Shown here: in pieces, positions 12,401-24,377 of the stretch | Layout: each line of letters starts with the position of its first letter | How positions within the stretch are numbered: the stretch's first letter is position 1 | Origin: Podarcis tiliguerta | Lineage: Eukaryota | Reading direction: 5' to 3' (one strand) | Assembly (NCBI GenBank): GCA_965153285.1 | Contig: OZ229111.1 | DNA length: 64,000 nucleotides | Position numbers and translations under genes: made by a program | Notes under the pieces: generated by a model | The model's input: only the letters and a program-made list of their open reading frames with translations | Told to the model about the DNA's origin: nothing | Databases searched by the model: none

Positions 12401-15400
12401 AGGATTGAGTTCCTTTTCAGATGCTCCATGGTGCAAGCTTTTCCCAGCTCTCATACAGAAAGTTCAGCAGGCCTGCAATCTTGCCCGCTGGGATAAAATC
12501 CCAGCCTACTCCAAAGGCCCATCCATCAGCTGGGTCATGCTTGCCAAGCAACTCAAAAGAGGCACGATATCCATAGGGCCTGGGAGCTGCATTTCTGTGT
12601 ACAGTGAGGGTGGGGGAAAACTATTTATAGAGCCCTTTTAAGTGCAATCAAAGCACATATGCTGGGCAGCTGTGGGAGGGCGGCCTTTTTCCAAAGCCCA
12701 AGCTTGGCACGTATTGGGTTTGTGATTCCAAACTGGGGTTGTGCCAAGCAATTTCAGCCTCCTTCATGGGGACGGAGTCCTGGAAGTGCAGGCTCTGGCC
12801 ACGTGGCTAAGAAGAGGCCCGAGGACCCCTTGTCCCTCTCCCCACTGGGGAGCAACTCCTTCTCACACTGAGAAGGTAACTGACAGCTAGTGGAGAGTAG
12901 CAGCTAAAGGCCAAACCACACGTGACATTAGTCACACAACTGGGTGAGTGTTTTTTGAAACAGCACCTATGGAGACCCTGGTCCAGACTGCATCACAAAG
13001 GTGGGCATGGGGGGCTTTAATCCCTTGTTCCCCTCTATGCTCCAGGCCCTGATCAGCCTGCCTATGTTTGCTAGCTTATTTGCATTGTAAGGAGAGCTTC
13101 CATCCAGGTCAGACACAGTGCAAAGAGCAGGTATGGTGTGTGTGAGTGATCTGGATTGGGACCATTGTGGGAGTGGGAAGAGTTAAAAGTTTCCTTACCC
13201 TGTATGTGCTCTGTGCCTGCGATATAGTTTTCTCACATAATTAACACAGGTGCTAATTTATGAAACGCATCAGGTCTTGACTGGCCACAAGAGGCTGAGC
13301 TATGAATCAGGAAGGTCTCACTTTTGCCTTTCCTATGAAGTCACTGGGTAGCCACACTCTTGGAGCCCCAGAGCCTATTCCTTTGAAAATACAGGGATAA
13401 GAGTACGGGTCTATCTTACAGAGCTGTTGTAATAACTATAACAAGGCAATGCCTGCAAAGTGCTTTGAATATTCCAAAAGTACAAAAAAAGAGAATTGTT
13501 GCAGTTATTACATGGGGAGGCCAAAATCTCTCAGAAACTGGGACCATGTTTCTGACATTGCCTCCACAGCAGGGCTAGTCCATGTGGGACTCTCTAGATG
13601 TTGCTGGATGTTGCCAGCTAGCATGGTCAATGGTATGGGATGATGGGAGTTGTAGTCCAGCAATATCCAGAGAGCCACAGGAGAGGCTAGCAGGAGCAGC
13701 CCCGCTGCAGCAAAGCAAATGCCACAGAGCAAATGTGAGAAGGGGCCAAACAGAACTTTGGGTCTTGCTTAAGGGTTCCAGATGGCTTGCTAGGGGGCAG
13801 CCAGGGATGGGGGCCAGGGCCTGAGGAGTGTGTGTTGGGGGAAGTGCTGGAGCTGTCAGCAGAGGTGTGCGTGCAACTTTTGACAATGCAGGAAAGAGAA
13901 ATTTACAGCCTGGTCCTAGGTTTAATCATGTTTGCTTGGAAGTAAGTCCCACTGGATTCCGTGAGAGTCGCTTCCAAGTATGCACACTCAATATTGCAGC
14001 CGTAAGGCTTCCTTTCCTGACTCTGAAGTTCTCCCCGCCCACCAACCCCCCCTCCCACCCCTCGTGATGAAAATAAAAAGAAAACCAGGCAACTCTGCAT
14101 TCCTTCAGATAATATAAAACCAGTAACCAGATTCAAACAGTTCATATGCCATGTTGTAAAGTCAAAAGGGCAGACAAGCTTTCGTTGTACTAAGTTTTTC
14201 AGACCAGATTGAGGTATCTCCTACTTAGCTAAGTAGTTAAGAAGCTGAGACTGTGTGCAGAAACTTAAACTGAAAATTTCTAACAGCACAGCTTTAGAAC
14301 AAATATAAGAGCTGAGATTTTGCAAGGATCAGCTCAGGTTCTGCAGAGCACATTTAACTTAGAATGTGCTACTCTCTTGTGCCTGTTTCCTCGTTCTTCT
14401 GTTTCTCCCTCCCGATTTAAATTGTAAACTCAGAACAGAAGTCGACCTTTGGAGGCTCACCATGTGGCAATCCAAGGGAGGGTCTTCTTGGCAGTGGCAC
14501 CTCAAATGTGGAATTCCCGCCCCCTTCTGAAATAGGGCTTCGGGCAACCCTGATCAGTTTTAGATGCCAGGTAAAGACATAATTGCTGCCTGGAGGGGCA
14601 TTACTGCACTATGGTTCAATGAACGTGGGAGAAAACAAATAAACTCAAATGTAAATGGTATAAAAAGTCACAGGAGTTCAGCAGGAAGCTAGAGGGCATG
14701 CACAGATTGGAAATGAAACAGTATGTCCACCCCAAAGCTTTTGTAGGCACAAGCGTTATTGAAGTGTGATCACATATAACCACCCTGATAATATCATGAG
14801 CACAAATCATCATATATGCACAATCAAAAGGATGTCTGGAGGGACCCTGAATCCTCCACTTGTTCCGAATGCAACCAAAAGGTTAATACAAGAATACTCT
14901 ACTGGCATTAAAGCTGTGGGGGCCACAGGAAGTCTGGCATGAAGGGGAGGCCTACCGGAAAGCAGCTAAGTACTCGGGGTCCCCCATGGGTGGGTCGAGG
15001 CCACCTGCCCAAGCAACGTTGACGGTGAAGCCCTCTCCAGCACCAGAGCCCACCTAAAAGAGAAAACAACACAGAGGCTCCTTATGCAGTGTGTTCTTCT
15101 GGCCCATCTCAGCCATACAAAGGGAGCTTTTATTTAAAAAAGAATCAGGGAGGAGTCAGACTTCAGCTTCGCCCCCTCCCACCCCCCTGCATTCAGCTGT
15201 GATGAGAGAAGCATGAGAAACTGAATGCTCCACACTGGGTTTCTTGATGTACTAGATAACATGCTCAGAAGACCCAGGCAAATTGGATACACTCTCAACA
15301 CTGGGTATCTATGGAATTGCTTACAATAGCAGGAAAAACAGCAGAACAAACAATGTAACTTGGAGATGTGTCCTTGAATCAGTTTTTAAATATACTTTGC

Positions 15401-18400
15401 TTCTGTGTGATCATATCACAGTGGCTTGCAAGATAGAGGTCCAAATGTAAACTTTAAAAAATGTTCTTTAAAGTACAAAGCAAATCCTCAACTTCTCAGG
15501 ACAGGAGAACCCAGGTGCTGTGTCATTAAAAGTTGTTGGACTTCAACTCCCATCAGCCCCAGCTAGCACCACAGTCAATTGTCAGGGATGATGGGAACTG
15601 TAGTCCAGCAATGTCTAGAGGAAAAATATTGGGGATAAGCAAGGTGTTTTCGTAGCATTTTCCTAGTTCAAATTAAAATTGGCTCTTTTCTGTGCTGCAC
15701 GATGGATGGGGACACAATGGCATTTTAAGACTCACTAGAGGAAACAGCCTCATGGTGATGACAATATATATCCATTTCTTAAATGTATTAATGTGTATTT
15801 CTAAACATGTACTGAATGCAATGCACAAAAGAAGTTTTTTAAAATAAAACCCCCAGATTGTAAGAAATCAAAACTTAAACGATTGAGTGCTTGTGAGTAA
15901 TGTCAGGGGATCCAGGATCCTATCACAACAATGAAAGGTTTTCACATTGCTGCTAAAGCAGTACAGTGGTACCTCGGGTAAGTACTTAATTCGTTGTGGA
16001 GGTCTGTTCTTAACCTGAAACTGTTCTTAACCTGAAGCACCACTTTAGCTAATGGGGCCTCCTGCTGCCACTGCACCACTGCTGTACGAGTTCTGTTCTC
16101 ATCCTGAAGCAAAGTTCTTAACCCAAGGTAATATTTCTGGGTTAGCGGAATCTGTAACCTGAAATGTCTGTAACCTGAAGTGTATGTAACCCGAGGCACC
16201 ACTGTAATTTTAATGTGGCTTGATGGATCTTTGTCCAGGACTGCAGTGTCACCTTTCAGAAGACCCTGCCCTTTTGGCACTGCACATGAGATCCAGAGTA
16301 AGGCGTCTCCCAAAGAATTTTGGAGCCTGAAAAGATTTGTTAGGGGAACAGCTCATAGCTGTGAGGCCAAATTCATGTACAAAAGTGTTTCAGAAAAGCA
16401 ACAGAAGTTTTTGACGAATAGCATGGGCAGTTGTTTCTTTCTGAAATATGCTCATGTGGTGTGATACGTTAAGAATGTGAGCAGAGGATTAGCTACTTCT
16501 TCCAAGCTGCAGCTCTATGTACAGGACGCACACTGACTTCTTTACCCCTCTGCAGGGTGGGCCCCAGTTCTACATTGCCAGCTAAATCAAAAATTATCTC
16601 AAAAGTTGAGTGCTGATCTGGCATTGGTGATACTGCAGAGAGTTTGGGGCTTGTCTGTGTGCATGTGTGCATGGTCATGTGCACTTGTGTGCGTGTGTCT
16701 AAATGTTTGCACCACACACCATAATGCCAAATGAAAATGCAAGTCCAAAGCATGTCAAAAGAATGTAAGAGCAGCCCCTGCTGGAGCCAACCAAAGGCTC
16801 ATGCAGCACCCTGTTTTCCACCCTGGCCAGCCTGATGTCCCCATGGGAAGACCACAAGCAGGACTTGAGGGCAACAGCATTTTCCTGCTTGTGATCCCTA
16901 GCAAGTGGTATTCAGAGGCAGACGCCTGCTGACCCTGGAGGTAACTTAGGTCCCCAAATATGGCTTTTTATTGCTGTAAACAGAGAGCAAACATAGCCCA
17001 CAGCAGGACTGGCATATACTAACTTTTATTACATGTAATTCAATGGTCCTTGTAGAACTTTGAGTTGCATGCCAGCTGTTGGAGCTTGCTCCACAGCCTT
17101 CATCATCTTTGGGATGCAACCAGGTGACAGGACAGGGCAGGAATTTTGCAGGAGGGACCAGAGCAGTGGCCTTTTTCCATGGTAGCAAGGGTAATCAAAC
17201 AAAATCAAATGGGAATGGTTGATGGGGGCAGTGGGTGGGTGGGAGGGAGAAGATAATATTTGGTGTACAGAGGACAAATTTATGCATGTCCAATTAACAT
17301 TGTACATCACCACAATCCAGAAATGGCCAGAAAAGGGGGCATAACAGGGGTGGGGGCACTGACACACGTGAGGGTCAGAAATTACCCCTCCCACCAAATG
17401 GTTGTTCCCTGTAGTTCTGCACATCTATATCTTAATTTGTATGCTAGTTGGGAGGGAGGGAGGGACCCATACCAGAGGCCCTGAGAATTCTGCTCCAGTC
17501 CTGCATCTCGGCAGAGCTGCAACATCAAAATAGACAGTGGGGCAGATGAAGGAGGGGGAAACAGCTCATAAAGCGCAGGGAGGGGAGCCTCGGGTGATAC
17601 GCCACAGTCTCACAGGGATTCGCACAGCATCATAAACAATCCCTCAGCCCCTTTGATATCTCCTGCTCACAGGGAAAGATGAGAACCAGATGGGAGCCAA
17701 CTATAGTTCTGGCCACTCTCAGCGCTAAGCCCCTTTGAAAGCAGGTTGTAAAACATGATGGATTTGAAATGACAAAGGGAGTTCGGCCGACTCTCCCCAA
17801 CCCTTGGCTTGCAGGAATCCCCACCATCTCCTGCTAGAGCTCTCCAGTGTTGCCATAAGGAGTTCTCCCCTGAGAATGCTTTCCCCAGCCTTCAAAGAAG
17901 GCTCTTCTGCTCCTAACTGGGAATTTTTGTCATTTAAAACCTTGTGAATATGGGTGAATGTGGTATGTAAATACTGGAAGCAGCCACTGCTTAAATCCTG
18001 GTAGGTTTCCAAGGGCTTATTCATACTGCATTGCACTTCAGACAGTGTAACCTCCTGACTGCTTGAGCTGATGTGTCCACCAGTGCCCTAGTTGCTCAGG
18101 GAACAAAGTTGGTCAGTTAGGAGGAAAACTGTGGGAAAACTGAACTACCTGTGTAAGACTAAATTCTGGGAAGCTGGTTGGGAAGAGACCTTAGAAGGTA
18201 GAGAAATTATAGGTCAGAGTGCTCAGAGGAAGGGTGGTTGAAAGAAAAGGGGAGGCTTGAGGGCTGTGGGCCATGGAGATAAGAGAGCATGAGGTTGGTA
18301 GGCCTCGTCCCTGGGAGGGTCCTGTGCTTTTATGAGAGGGATGTGGACTGGAGGCCCTCCAGATGTTGTTTGACTCCAGCAGAAGGGAACATTCTGCCAG

Positions 18401-21400
18401 CTCTGCCACCTCCCATTTCCGCAATATTGTGACTGGGCAATCATAAAAGAAGCAGTGAGGGAGAGTGCTGGGTTCCGTTTATCAGTTTGAATGGATCAGT
18501 CAATTCCTGGGCTATTTTTATTTCAGGGATCTGGTGAATGATGCAAACTTGCTGTCGTTTGTGGACAAACAAAAAGATACATTTGCATCTCCCATATTCT
18601 TTTCTTTCTTTTTCTTGGTGGAGGCACCAAACCCCTATCACTCCTGGGCCCTTGTGATGTAGCAATCCATTCACGGTCACATGGTGAGTGCATGTGGCAC
18701 TGTTCTACAGATGAGACCTGTCAGCACTTGTGAAAGGGGGCTTCCCCTCTCTCCTCTTCATACCCCACACTCTCCCCATATCTGCTTACTTGAACAGATT
18801 TTTAGAGGGCATGTGGGCAGAGGGAGGAGAGAGGGAGAACATTCCTTTGCATAAGTAGAAATCCTTGCACCAAAGAAATGTTTGCTTTAGCTTTGCTGTT
18901 GGCATCCGTCTGTTTCGAGAGACAATGGAGTGTGCCTCCAGGGGTGAAGTCAAACCACTAGAGAATCACAGCTCCTGCTGTGGCTGCTGAGACTGGCAAC
19001 TGTAACTGCCACCTCCTGCATTGTTTTCACTGCATTCGCAGCACCAAAGTGACCTCTCTGGGATGCAAGCCTGGGCAGTGTGTCTGGAGGTCCTGGGCTG
19101 CCCAGGTGACAAACCCCGCTCTAAGCCTCAGTGATGTGGTCCACAGGAAAGCAGAGCAAGATGTTTGTCACCAGTTTGGCTGCAGGAGTTACAGGAAGGA
19201 GGCGTACAAGGCACCATCCAACCATCTTAGGAACTCTTGTGTAGGATTTACTCTTTACCCTTTTCTTCTCCTAAATATGTCCCACAGGGCATTCACTTTA
19301 GCACTACACAGGATTCTACCCAAAGCTGCTAAGTCAGGATTTGAAGTCAAGTCTCCAGAAGCAAAAAATCACTATTTGTTGAACCACACTGGCTATAAAA
19401 CAATGTTGCTTGGCTTGCATTCCTCAATTCTGAGATACCTCCTGCCTCAGGGATGCAGACCCTGTGTCCCTCCAGATGTTGCTGGCTCTCATCAGCCCCG
19501 GCTCACATGGTGAATAGTCAGGGATGATAGGAGCTGCAATCCAACAGCATCTGGAGGGACACAGGTTCCCCCAACCTGTCCTATCTTCTACCCACTTTCC
19601 CCTAACAAGGGGCTGTCTTTCCAGGGTTGTGCAGAAGAGATTCAATCAACAGAAGCTCACCTCCTCGGCTGCTCCGCTTCCAGGGAAGAAGTTGCCATCA
19701 TCATGGCGATGCAAAGACATGTAGAGGACATTTGGGTCCCTGTAGAACACTTGCTGAGTCCCATTGCCATGGTGAACATCCTGAGGAGGAGCAGGAAGAG
19801 GGCAAGACAATGTGAGAGAATGCTGTTATTATTATTATTACTGATTAGATTTCTGATCCGCTCTCCACTACAAAGTCACGGGATGGGTTACAACAATTTA
19901 AAAATGCAATATTAAAAACAGTTTAAACAGATTACAATCCAAACACCAGGGTGGTGCCCTAAAATAAATATCTCAGGGGTTACAGGCCAGGTGTGTAAAG
20001 AGATGCCTCTTCAGCATCCAACGAAAAGTACAGAAAGAGGATTCTGGATGTACCTCGTTCTGGAGGGGTGGGAGGGGGAAGCTGCTGGCCATCTACTCTC
20101 ACTGCCTCGCCTGCTTGCTGAACCCTAAGCTTAAATTCTACATCCCTGCAAGAATCATGGGAAACCAACCTGCAGTCTGGGAAGAGGGAGAAAGACCAGC
20201 TTGGTGGATGGAGACTCACCCAGTCTATGATAAGAATCTTGTTGATTTTCCCTTTCTGCTGAAGCTGCCTGGCTGCAATCGCCACTGAATTGAAGAAGCA
20301 GAAGCCCCTGGCAAGGAAGGAGGAAGGCAAGAAGGTCAGCATCCAAGACAGACACACCTGGGGCACCCCAGGCCCTCTCTTGTGTACTGTTGCCTCCATG
20401 GAATGGACCACTCCCTGTCCCTTTGTCAAAGGCAAGTCTTATAATATGGACCAAATTTTGACATTCCTCAAGAGGACCAGATCACAAGCAGCAAAGGTGA
20501 TGAAATCTGTTGCGCTATTCCTTTTTTTAAAAAAATATTTTTTATTAACCGATCAATCAAATCAAATCACATCACATCACATAAATTCCGAATTACAAAG
20601 CCGAATTTTAAATTTTGTTGAGGGGACCCATATTTCAAGATCCGAAGGGGGATTCTGATCATCTTCTTGCTACTGTGTTAATGTCCAAATCAGTCCAAAC
20701 AAAGTTCATAATTCTATCCAGTCTTATCTTGCTGTTTCCACATCTCATCTTGTTAGTATATTTTCTTTTTTCTTTATGATCTCTTCTGATAATCTCCTTA
20801 AACCGATAAACACCAATAATAATCCTGTGTGAATTTTCCGTTCGTCCAATCCTCAAATCGAGATGGTTTCCATATATCATCGCATTCATAGATAACATCG
20901 CTCTTTCCATCATTAATCAGAGAACTGTCGTTCTTAAGTCCCTCTGAGGAGTTTCACCCACAATATAAAAACAGCTCTATTTCTCTATTTCTCCTCCCAG
21001 ACTTAAGTCCTCCGACAGAACTTCCCAATATGGCGACGGTATTTTTAACTGCGTCATTCCAAAGCCCTTATACATTCCACGCTCTTCTTAAAGCATGCTT
21101 TGGTTAGAAAGTTTATCTCCACACAGACATAAATCCACAGCTTAAGTCCTTCAAACGACATTTCTGACTTGGGGGGGGGGGGGGATTCTTGTTTAATCAC
21201 ATAGAGGAAAGAAAGGAAAGTTTTCTTTCCCCTCCCCCATCCAGTCCTTTTGCCATACCGAGTCTTGGTGTATCTTCAGCTGGTTAATTCTTGTTCCTCC
21301 GACTCGTTTTGTTTATCAGAGATTTCTTCTGTTAGCAGTCTTTACTCCCCCTCCTTCCTTGAAATATGTGCATTCGCTTTCTCCTAATTGTTTCTTTTGA

Positions 21401-24326
21401 AGTTCTTGCAGCTAGTGGTGCGGATCAGAGACAGCGTCCAGGAGCGCTGAGATCCCACAGGAGGGCATTCTGCCTAGTGCCCCCATCCTCACAAATTCGG
21501 GGGGGGGGGTATAGGGCACAGCAGGCAAGGGCAGCCCCCCCAATCCTGGGGGGGTAGGGAGGCTATTTACTCCCATCACAGCCTCCAAATTACCTCGTGT
21601 GGGTCGGAGAGATGTTATTGTCAGCCATCTTCTGATGCGCCCCTAGTGCCCCCCCCCGCACTATTTCATTCATGCACCTCTTTTGGACTCCACAAAAGTG
21701 CATCACAAGGACACATTTTTGACCCCCTCGCCACCAGAAAACTGTTTTCTCCTGGAGACTTGCCAAAGCCTGAGCTCAGCATCAGGTGGTGCCATGCATG
21801 TGTGAATGAGCAACCAGGGGTCAGACACCACATGCAAACCTTTCACATTGTCTCAGACACCATGCTTTTCACTGGAATCTTTTCATGTGCTGAGCTGAGA
21901 GCCAACAGGTGCTGTGCACTGAAGTGATGCAACTCACATGTCCGCACCAGGGTGAATCCTTCAAGTGCCGCTGTTTCTTGTACAGGCCAAGACTTTTAGC
22001 ACTTCCTATAGGTTAAGACTAGCATCTCAAATGGTGCCTGGATTGCAACTGGGAAATGGTGCAAAGTCTGGAGCACTGGGATGATGGGCTCAAAGGGCAC
22101 CTTCTCATTAGGATGAAAAGCTGTTGACGCAGGAAGGAGAGGACAAAGGGCCAGATTGGACAAAGGGCAAGCTATCGCAAGCTGCACAAAACCTCCAGTT
22201 AGCACAACGTGGTTCTGGGAGAAACCCTTAAAGAGCATGGGGGGGGTAGGAGAGTGGGGGTTGTTCTGTCTGGCAAGCAGAAATGCTTGTGCAGATGGAA
22301 CTATCATAACAGCACAAAAGGAATTCCTCCCCGAGAGGTGCAGTCCTTACATTGCAGTTGAGGGGTCTGCATGGTGTCCAGGAGGTCGTACAACAGCAAA
22401 GCCGTTCTGCAAAAAACATTATACAAAACAAAAACTGGGTGACTGGTTTGATAAACAGCATTGCGGCATCATTGCTATTACAGTTGCTGTCATTACTAAT
22501 ATCTACATTGCTTAAAATAAAACAAGTGCTTCAAGGATATTTTAAGGGTCCGAGTATCAAATCATAGATAATGGATGAGTAATCATAAGTGAAGTGGTTT
22601 TTGACTTCTACTTGTTTCGAATCATGTCTGAATATATGTGGCTGTAAGTTAAATAACTGGATTTTCTTCTGTTTTCTTTTTCTTTTGCCTTGGTCTCATT
22701 ATTCCTTAGATGTAGTTACTGCACTTACTGTATTCATTACATTTCATAGGCACATCACACCCAAAGCGAAGCTCTTCTGTCACTTAGGTGACTATTTCTA
22801 GCATCTGACAAGATAGGCTTTGGCCCCCAAACAGAATAAATGAGGTTTGGTGTGTTTGTTTGTGTGTTAGGACCCCCCCCCCAATAAATGAGTTGGCCTT
22901 AAAGATGCCATATCACTCTTCATTGGTTTTTTGAAGCAACATACTAAGAAGGCTGTTCCTTTGGGTAAGATCTGGCCGATTTTGGTGGGAAAGACTTAAA
23001 CCTGTGCTTGACTATTCCACTGAAATGGTTAGACAAAGAAGCGCTTAACTCAGTTCCCATTTAAATCCAGGTGAAAACTGAGTCGTGACTAAGGTGAGTC
23101 CCACTGATTTCCAATGGGACACAAGTGCACTTTGCTTGCTCTGGATCCAACCTATTAAACAAAATGTGCTGATGAAAATACTGGCATTTTGAGAAAGGTG
23201 TTTTGTATAACATGAGCTCTTAAACACTCTTAGAACAGAAAGAATGTTATCTAAGAAATGTGTAACTGTGGTTTGATAATATATTATAAAACCTGTCAGG
23301 CATGATTCATTTAAAACAAATGCTGTTTCTGATTTATTTGCCTCTCTTGTAGTTTGGGGTGGCTTTATAAAATCAATTATAACACTGCTCACTCCATCAA
23401 ACTATACATCTAAAGGAAATAACAGCAAGCTCATGTAAACACTATTTAAAACTGACAGACATATACCACATTGAGGATTAAAGCTAAACATTTAAACGTT
23501 TGCCCTCACTCTCAGCTGATTTTGTTTGCCCTTGGTGATGTCATCAATACTTAAATGTGACACCATCACAGCCATTATGTTTGCCCTGAGTGACTGGGTT
23601 CACTCTACTGGGGGCGGGATGTGCCAAAAGTAGACAATGAGAAGGGAAACGAGCAGCAGTGAATAGGCTTGAAAAAGCTGACCATTAAAGGGGTGGGATG
23701 TGGTGTGGTGTTTTTTTTTTTTTTTTTGGGGGGGGAGTATTTTCCCTCATCAAGAGAGAGAGAGAAATTCAGCCTGAAAATGGAAATAGGTAAACATTCA
23801 GATTAGCCTTAATTAAAATGTCCCTGGTGCAATTGCCAAATGTCTGTGAATAGAAATGGGCACCCCCCCAACTGAAAACCCAGCAAAAGGAAACATTGCT
23901 ACACCTCCTCTGAAGTTTATGCCAAAGCCTTGGGGCCACTACAGAAAAGGCACTCCTCCTCCCAGCTGCCATTGTGACTTCACTGCAGGATGTGATTTTT
24001 GAGCAAGACCTTACTGTAAGTTCCTAACAGCAGCAATTTCTCACAGTAAGTCTACTGGAACAGTCTCCCCTCTCTTCAGATGCGTGTGTGTTCTACACCA
24101 TAACAAATCAAAACTTTTGAGAAACTCTAATCAGCCTCATCAGATCGCAAATCACATCTATTTCCACACATCTGCTGAGTTTTGCATCAGCTTTTCAGAT
24201 TCCTGGTTTATTAAATGGCTTGGAATATCTGACCGTGAAACTGGAGACAGAATGGATGAAGGACTAGCTATAGAAAGGCATTCCTCGATCCACTCTCTAC
24301 CCCATGCAACAATGAGGACTAGACAC

Positions 24327-24377
<51 letters not shown>

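Noticed and set aside
23165-24150. CTGATGA motifs as hammerhead ribozyme cores
   Set aside because: No correctly placed GAAA or flanking stems found by eye.
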